Origin: Amoebophrya sp. A120
Lineage: Eukaryota; Protista; Dinoflagellata
DNA: 64,000 bases
Direction of reading: 5' to 3'
Assembly (NCBI GenBank): GCA_905178155.1
Contig: CAJINV010000021.1
Location: 850,449 to 914,448, forward strand
The translations under genes were made by a program, and so were the position numbers. The first letter of the stretch is position 1. The number at the start of each line of letters is the position of its first letter. The notes beneath the pieces are model-generated. The model did no database searches, was not told where the DNA came from, and saw only the letters and a program-made list of their open reading frames with translations. Positions 47,201 to 56,479 of the stretch are shown here, in pieces.

Positions 47201-49040
47201 GTTGCCGTACCTGACCGCAATTTCCTGCGCTTCGGTTAGAACCCGGCGCACCATCAGTTTCGTGTCTAACAAGCTTTTGTCTGTTTGCCACTGCCGGTTC
47301 CGCTTCGGCTTATTTCCATTGTTCTGCTCCGCATTTAATACTTCTTCGCTCGCAGGTGGAGCTCCGTTCGGATGTAGTTCTTGTGTACCTCTAGTACCGT
47401 GCTCCACACCAGATGAAGTACTAGAGCTACGACCACTACTTTTACTCCCAGGAGATGGTCGCTTTGCACGCGAGGTGGCGGTGGTGCTTTGGCTTCCTTG
47501 CTCCGTCCCACCTCCAGCGGCGTGCACCACTGGCTTGGCTTTCATCTCTATCAAAAGCAAAAATGTCTGGGTCCGGAAGATTTCTAGATTTGTCATGCAT
47601 ATTTTCCATGAGCCATGATGTCTGTGATGCATGCCGGAGCATCACAGATTTTTAGAGGGCTCCTTTGCGATACCTCTACCGCATGAGAACTGCCCTCTCC
47701 GCGTAGCACAAACTGGAGTCCCCGTGCTGGTCATGCAATACAAATTTTTTTCGAATCCAGAGACACCAGCATCACAAGTTTAGAATGTTCCAGAGGACCC
47801 AGACATATTTGCATTTGATAATCTCCTCGAGCATCCTCTTCTGGTTGGCGAACAAACGCATGAGCACTGGGCCAACGTTGCAGGCCGTGACAGTGTCCAG
47901 GAAGGCCTCTTGGCCCGGCTGCTTTTCCCAATTGATCACGATGTCGGCCCACTCGCCCAGGAAATCCGTGGGGCCAAACATGCGATAGCGGAAAAGAAAA
48001 AGATTCGACGGAAACGTGTCGTCTTCTGAGAGAACCGCGTCTAAGTCGAGATCCGAGTCGACCTGCGCTTGCTTCTGTATTTCCGCGTGCACTTCTTCTT
48101 GGCTGGCTCCGGGACGAGGAGGGGCGCCGCCTGCCTGCGAAGATGGCAGCACTTCTGGCAGCTGAGAAGTTCTTTGATTTTGTTCTTCGCCATCTTGTAG
48201 TAGTAGTTCTTCTTGCGAAGAAGCTCCTCCTGTGCCTTGTTTTCTTTTGCTTTCTTCTTTTCGTGTCACGACGTCGACAGCAGCTGCGACATGGTAGAGA
48301 TCTGCGGCCAGGCTCGGTGCGGGCGAAAAATGTAAAGGAGAGGCAACCACTATGGAAGCGTCAGAATTGAAATCGTCAAAATTGAAATAGCTTGTGATGC
48401 ATAAAATGCTAGACGCAAAGCGCCTGTCTTGCAGAGCAGGCAACTGAGGCCGATTATAAGCCTGCTTGGGGTGTGAGATAGAGCTGCTAAAATAGCATGA
48501 CAAAAGCAGTCTTCTCTGCTCAAACAGCATGAGAAATTGGATTTCCATGCTGCCAAAATTTGTCATGCGCTACTTGCAAACTGGGCTCCAGCTGGTATCG
48601 TTTTTTTGCATTGCAGATTATTTCAACTTTGACGATTTCGATCCTGACACTCCCATAACCACTTGCCCGGTTTTGTCTTTCTTCGTGTTTGTGAAGTCGC
48701 GAAATTCCGAAACGGAAATAAGCGGCGCTTCTTCGCCAAGCTGCTTATTTCCAGTTGCAGCGGCCACGGGATCGAACAAAAGTGGTTGGTATCGCTGCGA
48801 TCCACCTTGATGTTGAGGCGTCCCGGAAGATAATACTCTAAGCTCCGATCCACCTTGATGAGAGGAGTGTGAAGAAGGGGTGGCTGTTCGCAAGGTCACT
48901 GCCCACGAACGGGCTGCGAGCAATAAATAACACACTGCTACATCACACGATTTCATTTTCACCAGTGGTGGTCGGTGAGCGAAGTTTTTCAACTTCGTGT
49001 TTTTTGATGTTGTACGAAACATTTTTACAAACTCCGACAT
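35281..49040 (-). CDS. Very large (~2,400 aa estimated) putative type I membrane protein; 22 introners and 2 canonical GT-AG introns (46899-47114, 38983-39136)
   Basis: 24 consecutive junctions chain in frame from MSEFVK../MKSCDVAVCYLLLAARSWA (signal-like) through TM+Cys cluster VQCAVLGTAFFSFAFLLTCCLCCCCPC to TAA at 35281. It could alternatively be 2-3 genes if the canonical introns are not used. Confidence 0.72.
35889..36128. mobile_element. Introner family E
   Basis: Perfect duplication CTCTT. Confidence 0.9.
36191..36435. mobile_element. Introner family L
   Basis: Perfect duplication GCCCG; reverse-orientation relative of 63675-63903. Confidence 0.9.
36604..36853. mobile_element. Introner family L
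   Basis: TATGAGACTGCACAA / TTGTGCAGTCTCATA; perfect duplication CAGGA. Confidence 0.9.
36920..37076. mobile_element. Introner family A
   Basis: Body closely similar to 50009-50164; left end mutated to TGT; flanks CTTGC/CCTGC. Confidence 0.88.
37234..37595. mobile_element. Introner family C (degenerate)
   Basis: Perfect duplication TGCTG. Confidence 0.85.
37742..37855. mobile_element. Introner family J (TATCCAGGAAAA..AACAC.CATCC)
   Basis: 114 nt; perfect duplication GCTCC. Confidence 0.9.
38018..38367. mobile_element. Introner family C (degenerate)
   Basis: Flanks GGACC/GCACC. Confidence 0.85.
38658..38925. mobile_element. Introner family B
   Basis: Perfect duplication TGGCG. Confidence 0.9.
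39932..40299. mobile_element. Introner family F
   Basis: Perfect duplication AGGGC. Confidence 0.9.
40353..40595. mobile_element. Introner family B
   Basis: Perfect duplication AGCGA; opposite orientation to 4122-4373. Confidence 0.9.
40640..40885 (-). repeat. Exonic tandem repeat encoding (AP)WT.ELPGSS.ISGTSTG
   Basis: About 4 units of ~54-63 nt within an exon of the 35281-49040 gene. Confidence 0.8.
40949..41273. mobile_element. Introner family C
   Basis: Perfect duplication TTGTT. Confidence 0.9.
41516..41797. mobile_element. Introner family E (degenerate left end)
   Basis: Family E body ATCCACACGATCAAGCTGCTTCGCATGACAAAT; decayed flanks; frame restored. Confidence 0.75.
41921..42211. 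mobile_element. Introner (family D-like TIR TA.TA.AATGAAAAAT.CCCC.ACCCC.GAA)
   Basis: ~29-nt imperfect TIR; flanks TGACC/TCACT; frame restored. Confidence 0.8.
42716..43036. mobile_element. Introner family C
   Basis: Perfect duplication AGTGC. Confidence 0.92.
43081..43342. mobile_element. Introner family B
   Basis: Near-perfect 32-nt TIR; perfect duplication GGAAG. Confidence 0.92.
43392..43600. mobile_element. Introner (unassigned family, TIR ..AAAAAGTT..TCAC..TCAC)
   Basis: Perfect duplication CCTTC; rich in the shared TTTGT[CGA]ATGC motif. Confidence 0.88.
44079..44401. mobile_element. Introner family C
   Basis: Perfect duplication CGCAA; right end mutated to ATG. Confidence 0.9.
44452..44660. 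mobile_element. Introner family I
   Basis: TATCCAAGAAAAAAACG / CGTTTTTTTCTTGGATA; perfect duplication GAGCG. Confidence 0.92.
44730..45087. mobile_element. Introner family E (reverse orientation, with internal expansion)
   Basis: Flanks CGCGT/CGCTT. Confidence 0.85.
45686..45967. mobile_element. Introner family D
   Basis: Perfect 24-nt TIR TATCCTGAGTAAAAACGTACCCAC; perfect duplication GCTTT. Confidence 0.93.
47549..47820. mobile_element. Introner family B
   Basis: Perfect duplication ATCTC; body similar to 43081-43342. Confidence 0.9.
48351..48657. mobile_element. Introner family F
   Basis: Perfect duplication ACCAC; body similar to 33480-33786. Confidence 0.92.
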
Positions 49041-49629
49041 TGTTTTCGAAGAAATTGGAAAGCTTTTTCGCGAGCGACTGAACAATAAGTCGCAGATGTA
49101 GAAGGAATTCACATACAGTGTCAGTTGTTTTACATTCTAGTTTTACACTGATCAGGACGCCACTCGTGAAACTAATACAGTGCTGGCAAAAGAACAAACT
49201 GGTGATCTTCGAGATCATCTTCGGACTTGTCAATGAATTCGAACGCAAGAATCATTTGTACGATGGATCTGAGTAATCCGGGTTGTAAAAGATGTCCGGA
49301 CAAGAACATCATGCAAGAAAAGGTGGCGATTGACTACGTCGTATAACATTGTCGAGCTGCAAAACCGAAACCGCAAGAACTACCGCGAGAACCGTTGATC
49401 TTCTTTCCGTCGCTTGTGAGATGAAAAGAGGGAGCACAATACTGTGCACAAGGACAACTGGTCGAAAAACCAAAAAAGCAAGTGCTTACAGTCCACCTGA
49501 AGAATGCGAACATCGAACCCGTGCTGGTGGACTTGTTGCCCACGTGCTTGGTTTGTATGGTGATTGAAGTGCGATTCATCGCACTCTTCAAATAAACATT
49601 CAGTGCTAGTTTTCCTTCATCCTCTCTCA

Positions 49630-50294
49630 CTAAAACCAACGGCCTCCTTGCGCTGGTTGTTCTACTTTGGCCTCTTTCGTTGTTTTCGGTTTCACTTCCA
49701 AACTATTTCTCACTTCCAGCAACTTGTCCCGTATCGAGTTTAACAAAATCGTTGCAGGCTTTTCCGATTTTCCTATGACGCCATCTCGCTTGCTGTTTGC
49801 CACCCAGTCGAAGCCGCCGGTCTCTCCCGCCGGTGGCGCTTCCACAAACGAGGCCATTTTCTCCGGCGCCTGCGATGCTTGCAACTGCGCCTCGTAAATT
49901 CTCATCTTTTCCTGCGCTTCCTTCAAAGCGAACAGGGCGCTCCGTAGACTACGCTGCTGGTCGAAAAAGGACTCCGGAGTGAGCGGCTCATCTGCATTTT
50001 GTGTCTTGTATCCTGTGCAAAAGTATCGCACTCGTTCTCGTACTAATTGCGTTTATGCATTACAAACCTTTTTGCTAAGGCAAATCTGCATTACGAATTC
50101 AATTTGTAATGCTAAGTCAATTTGTAATGCAATTTCTACTAGTACGATACTTTTGCAGTTCATATCTTGCCCCTGTTCCCGATCGCGCTTAGTTTCTCCG
50201 CAGAGTAGTCGTGAAAGCTCTCGGCGTCATTGAGTTGTCCCTGAAGAAGCTTGCGCAGAGCCAGCGTACCGGTCACCGCCGCGGAGCCAGGCAT
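49630..50294 (-). CDS. Hypothetical small coiled-coil protein; 1 introner
   Basis: MPGSAAVTG..NRGK|TQNADEPL..LFALKEAQEKMRIYEAQLQ..GGRWF*. Confidence 0.65.
50009..50164. mobile_element. Introner family A
   Basis: Perfect duplication TCTTG. Confidence 0.92.
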
Positions 50295-50965
50295 GATGTA
50301 GTTGAAGTTGAGGAAGTGTTGAAGTATATAAATTACGTGTTGACGGTCGTGCTGACCGACTCACACACTCTTCGAGGCAGGCAGACGCTGTTCGATTTTA
50401 TTTGAAATTTTTCTTGATCACCTTCATAAATAATTCATTGCGAAGCTGCAGGAGCACGGGGACGGGACGTCGACCGGGTGCGAATGTTGTGATTCGTTTC
50501 GCTGCCCACGACCACACCAATGGGATCAGGAAACGACGACCATGCAGCACGGGAGAAGACTATTTACGATCTTAGACGAGAATCTATCCGACGAGAATAA
50601 CGACTACGAGTCGCGGCTCGAGAATCGAAATCAATAACTCTCAACAGGAACAATAGGTCGTACATCAACCACGCATGAAGATGATAACGAAGTAAGTGAT
50701 CGTGAGCATTATACCAGTGGCGGAGCGAACTTCTAGCAGTCGCAGTCCTGGACGAAAATAACTATTTCATTCTTTCAGTCTGACTGGAGGAACATTAGTC
50801 CTCACCTCGTGAAGAGTGAAGCACCAGCTCAATCGGAAGCTGCAGTCGCCCTAGTCTCCTCGTCCAGACTCACTTGTTCTGCAGAAGAAATTCGCGCCCA
50901 GTTATAATTTCAACAGTCTACAACTTCTTTCATGTCAGCTGCAATGACCACATAGTTGTCCACCT

Positions 50966-53849
50966 TTACGCTATATTCCCAACCATCCCGCCGTAGCGTT
51001 CCTTGCAGAATTTCCCGCCGTCCTCTAACGCTTGCGCGCAGAAGGGGTGCCGCTGCACTTCTTCCAGTTGAATCCGCTCCGTCGGTTTTTTCCGCAGCAT
51101 TTTCGTAATCAAGTCCTTGCTATAGATTGCAAAAGTACCGTACAACTCGCTGCAGTTGCAGTAGTTGCAACTTGAACTTCCAGTGCATGACAGATCTAGT
51201 AAACTAGTATTTTACCTGGCTTAGCATTACAAACTGAAACTCCGACGGTTCATCTTGGAATAAAGTTTGTATTCCAATTTGTACTTTCTAGTACGGTAAC
51301 CTTGCATTGCATACTTGCAGTCGGGCGAGAGGTGGTCGGGGAAATAGGGTTTTTCCACCCGAATCTTCTTGTAAGTCGTCATGGTGTCGCCGCCTTCGAA
51401 GGGCGCGCGGCCGATATCCCCAGAAAAATAAACCCATCTTCCTCTTCCATTCTTTGCATGAGAAACACGCGACAATTGAAATTGATGCATGTTTTAGTAC
51501 AACATCACAAATTGGATGGGGATCAATCATGGGTCTACTTTTTTTGTGGATCATAGCCGACCACAAACTCGTACAACAGCACCCCTAATCCCCACACGTC
51601 CGCCATGGTACTCTTCGCCAGTTGCGCCGCGGGCATGTTCGGCTCGACCACTTCTGGCGCGAGGTAATCGAGCGTCCCGCAGAAGGTCGTGCGCTTCAAC
51701 GAAGGCGCGTGCACCGACCACCCAAAGTCGGCGATCTTCAGGGTGTCGTTGGTGCCCAAGAGAATGTTTTCCGGCTTGATGTCGCGGTGCACGACGTGTT
51801 TCCGGTGCAGGTACCGAAACGCGTCCACCATCTGGGACAGGTACCAAGCGGCCCGGTACTCACTGAAGTAGTGCTTCGCTTTCAGGACGGCGTACCTAAG
51901 GGTATCGTGGAAAAAAAAAAAATGGAATTCACTGCGAGGCTCCTTCCTAGGGATTCAAACTCAACAACATATTCATATTCATTTTCGCGTCTTTGTCTTT
52001 CGACGTGAAGTTTTACTTTCACATGTTGATGATTCATCCACCTTGGACCACAAAAATCACAAAGTAGAAATCCGTATAGAACACTCAGTATCCTTTATCT
52101 ACAGCTCTCCCCCCGGTGCGATTTCGAGCATGAGGTAGATTCGGGTGTCGTCCCAAAAATAGTTGTGCAGACGGAGGATGTTTGGGTGTCGCAGGTGGCA
52201 CTGAATCTCGATTTCGCGGATCAACTGGTGCTCGACGCGGTGTTTCTGCAGCTGCTTCTTGTATCAAAATGAAAAATCCCCCCTCCCCACATCAAAGCGG
52301 AAGTTTGTGATGCTGATTTGTGGCCACACATCCGAGCCGTCTTGCTGGAGAGCACTGCAGGCCCACGCCAAGCGTGAGTAGAGAGGTTTTGGCCTAGGCG
52401 CTTAGCATGATAAACGTCCGCGCTGTAGGCCCAACAGCATGACAAACCGCCTGCATACTGCGGCGCAGCCTGCGGAGTTGCTTTCTTGCAAGACAGGCAC
52501 GATTTGTGACCACAAATCAGCATGACAAATTTCCAAAAGTATACCTTTTCAGTACTATGGGGAGGGGGGATTTTTTCTCTCAATATCTTGCTCAGAATCT
52601 TCAGCGCGAAGACGTAGTCGGAAATTCGGTCCCGCGCGAGGTAGATGTTGCCGAATTTTCCCTTGTATGCACTGCAAAAGCATCGCACTCGTAGTAATCG
52701 AAATTATGCATTGCAGATCTTTTTGTTTTTCTTCTGGCAAATCCGCATCACAAATTCCATTACTTATGCTGAGCAAATTTGTATCGCACCACTTAGTATC
52801 GATACTTTTGCAATGCATACCTTGCCCAAGGGCTTCCCCACGTCCAGGTCCTCGAGGCAGTAGGCCGCGTCCTGGTCCTGCTCGATCCCCTCCTCGATGC
52901 GGTCGATCGGGGTTATGACATAGTCGTCATCCTGGATCAAGCCAACGCTACGGGAGGCGGCAGGCGACGACTGCTTTTTAAAAGTTTTCGTACCCGACCC
53001 AGAGGACGGCGCTGGCTGTCCGCCGGCGCCGGCGGCTGCGTTGCTCGAAGTAGCGGCGGCTGAGGAGCTGCTAGAAGCAGACCCGCCTGATTTGTTCGAA
53101 ACAGAGAGAAGTTTTACTTTGAGTTTGACGTGCATCTCATCCACATACCGCCAATCTAGTCTGTTCCTTCGAGCATGTATACTTTAAAGAGACTGATAGG
53201 ACTGACTATCCCTACAGCTAATTTCGTAGGTCGTGTGGTCAACGACATTCTCACTCGAAACTAGTTATGCAAGGCACTTCTTTCTTTACTACCTGCTCCT
53301 TGGCCAGCGGCCACTGCCGGGAGCGCTCCTTGTTTGCTCCCCGGACCCGTGCCTCCAGCGTTGGCCGTGTTCTTGACCGCACCACCGGGTCCCGCACCAG
53401 TGGCCGCAGCTGCGTTGTGATTCACCGGCTTTGGGTTGCCCGCTAGTCCAGCCTTTTGCCGCTTCGAGCTTGGCGAGTAACTTGGTGCGCCGGGCGCCGG
53501 CTTGGGCAGGCCTTGTTTATACTTGTTGAAAATGCTGCTGATGGGCTGCGGGCCGGCGGAAGTCGCTGTAAGAGTTTATTTGTTGTGCCATGATGTCGTA
53601 ATAGAAATCCATTTTTTTTCCTACTTACTGGGGCGGCGCGATTGATTTTGATTCTTTTCAATAAAAATGTAAAGCAAGACAAGAAGGACAAAAACTTCTA
53701 CCTTGCGCGAGACCACCGAAGAGGCTGCTGCCGCCGCTGGCAGAAGGTGTGGCCTTTGCCGCTACACCGCCTGGCTTGCCGGGTTTGCTCGATGTAGCCC
53801 CGCCGGCTGTACCCCCACCAAAGAGCGACTTGCCGCCAAATTTGTGCAT
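50966..53849 (-). CDS. AURK: Aurora-family Ser/Thr kinase; 4 introners plus canonical introns (e.g. 51896-52102); N-terminal exons approximate
   Basis: Spliced: GKPLGK|[18 protein letters not shown]|[78 protein letters not shown]|RAPFE..PDCK|DLITKML..HPF. Confidence 0.95.
51121..51313. mobile_element. Introner family A
   Basis: Perfect duplication CTTGC; interrupts the kinase C-lobe. Confidence 0.9.
51415..51555. mobile_element. Introner family J-like
   Basis: Perfect duplication GCCGA; removal gives VVG|RAPF. Confidence 0.9.
52262..52585. mobile_element. Introner family C
   Basis: Perfect duplication TCTTG; removal gives LSK|KQL. Confidence 0.93.
52666..52819. mobile_element. Introner family A
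   Basis: Perfect duplication CCTTG; splits the GxGxFG loop. Confidence 0.93.
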
Positions 53850-55372
53850 GATCCGGACTGCGTCTGCGGTCGAGGAAGCAGGCGTTCTAGCTCCGATGAA
53901 GTTGTTGACAACTGCCCTTCAATTCCACGGGGTCGGGCCCCACAATACGCAGCGCTAGCAGAGAGCAAGCGTGACGAGATCGTGCTAGCAACTGTGGGAG
54001 CGTCGTGAAAATTTGATTCTTAGACTTAAACTAGAATAATATGTCGTTTGAAGTTGTGTCAAAAAAACCCTCGACGTCGACAATTATACTTTTTTGAAAT
54101 ATAAGTAGCCAAGGCAACCTCCACCTCCTAGCTGTTCTTAGGGCTGGTCAAAAAATACAAGAAAACTGTCCCCTGCTAGAACAGAAAACAAAAGCTACTT
54201 GTTGTGGAGCAAAGGACCATCTTTGGTCAATCATGAATTGTACATTAGGCAGATCTTGGACTTCGTCTGCAGTCATTGAGCTCGAAGGCGAAACGACAAG
54301 AAAACGAAGAATGAAAGAATTGTCGTTGAGAGAAGTTCTACAGCACTACTTTCAGGCTCAAGCGATGCACAGATCGAGGCTATCTTTTCTGAAAGCGAAC
54401 AAGTTCACGATGAATCCGAGCTACTAGTCTTGGTTCTGGCTACTACATCGAGGCACTTTTTCTTTCGTCACTCTATACAGAACGAACGCAAGAAATAAAC
54501 TCAAAGGGCGGAACACGAACAACTTACTTGTCACACGAGAATAGAGGAATAGAAGACCGTGATGCTGCAGGTGGTGGCTCTACAATGAGTTGCGTCCTTT
54601 CAGGAGCTGACTTTCATGTGGATAAAAGATCCAGAAACTTCTGGTCAGTGCCACTGACCTCAGTGGTTGGTACCCATGTGACATGTAACATCAACATGCG
54701 AATTGTCAATTGTGTGTGCGGCAACCTTATTGTTATTGTGCCATGAATCTATGATCATACATATTGTAGTTGTGTAAAAGCATTTTTGATTTGGTCGGTC
54801 GGTAGCGATGCGTCCTCTTGTGTCACTGACAATGTATGACGCGAAAAGCAAAATCTGACACGTTTCTTTTTCATTGACAAGTACAAATCATCATGACGCA
54901 TACGGACACGGTAATCTCTGGAAATCAGAAATTTTCTTACCCGTGTGAAACCAGAAAAAGATAAAAGTAGAGAAAGAGAAAAAAATAAAAACGAAAATCG
55001 CCCAACGAGCGCTAAAGACCTGTTCGGGCATCCTGGGATTTTGTCTCGTGTGTAGTACTGTTAATTGGTAAAATAAAGCGAGGTCCGCGATAAGCGAAAA
55101 ATCTAACTCATGCTCATAATTGCTGCAATGCTATCTTACACATCGGGAGGTCAGCCTCAGCGCAGTCCACATATGTAGATCCGTACTCGAGCACCAGCGC
55201 TGATAAACTAAGTATAACCAAAAAACGAAGTTGCTCCATGATGACATTAGCAACAGCAGCAGTTGGTGTCAAGATTAATACGAATACGTTGTAAAGGGTG
55301 ATCAAGTCATGCATCACTTTCAACCAGCTCCAGCACTTACCAATGCCAATAATAGCCGCGTCCGCGGAGGTA

Positions 55373-56061
55373 GTGAGGTCATGGCGGTCTTTTTGTCTTC
55401 ACGCCAAAAAAGGACGCAACTTCTCTGCCCACCATGCCATCGCGAGTAATGTTATGCACGACGGCACGGCGGTCGCTAAAAATCTCAATCCAGAGGCGGC
55501 CCCCATTTGGTTTCGAATCGAAAAACCTTCCCCACATGCTATGGCCCCGCCAGGGCCCACGCCAGGGTCGGCCCCTTGGGAGCCCCAAATCGGGCCCATA
55601 GCATTCGGATTGGCTTTTTGCTTTTGGCGGACTTTGTTTTTTTTGTTTTTTTTTGGCAAAATGCTGCATCTTCTCGTCTTCAGTCCGCCTCTGAAATGGC
55701 GGATTTTGAAGGCGTCTTTTGCGCGGTCCGAATGTGGGGAAAAATGAGGCCCATACCATGCGGATTCTCTGTTTTTTTCGGAGTGCTGCTTTTTGGGCGC
55801 CCATTTTTGGGCGCCGCAAATCGCCAGAAACTAAGGCGGTGGGCGCCTCAGAAGGGCGCCCCTTTTGCCGGCTCCCCTGCGTCGTTTTATCAAGCGGGAA
55901 TCGATAGAATCCGCCCGGGCTATTTTGCCGCAAACGCCCCGGCCGCTTGATAATTGAAAATTTTTTTTGTTAAAAAACACTGCCGGCCGCTTGTAAACTG
56001 CCGGTCGTTTTGCGCACTGCCTGTCAAAAAAACCGCTAGGGTAGAACGTTCGTGACCTCAC
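55373..56061. mobile_element. TA-flanked MITE-like element (Tc1/mariner-type TSD)
   Basis: TA|GTGAGGTCA ... TGACCTCAC|TA; second partial copy at 2490-2809; non-coding. Confidence 0.7.
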
Positions 56062-56479
56062 TACATACCATCTACGCTTATACTTGTAGTGCATAAAATA
56101 TCGCGTGTAGAGCCTGGTGCGACGAGATGCGATTCAAATGTTCATGTGTGTCAAAACAAACACAGTGGAGGCTCAAGTAAAAAATCATGGCACTCAGTTC
56201 TTGCCGAAAAAAAAAAAACATTTTTCCTGCCGGCGCATTTTCAAATATGGTTTTGAGAATCTTGATCTTCACGCGAGTGCAAATAGTACACAAAATTAAA
56301 AACTTTTTGTAGCGAAAGACTTTCTTCTTCTTGGAAGTACAAAAGTTCAGTTAGTTTTTGAATGATTGACATTGATGTGAAGTTGAAGAGCTCTAATGCA
56401 CTGCAAGCAATCGCAAGCGAAAGGTGCACAGAGACAAACATGACTTCTGCTTCAATCAGAAGTGTCACGAAGACTTCAC

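Noticed and set aside
55371-56063. CACTA-superfamily assignment because of TAGTG/CACTA at the ends
   Set aside because: The order is TAGTG...CACTA, the reverse of CACTA termini; better explained as a TA TSD plus GTG/CAC ends.
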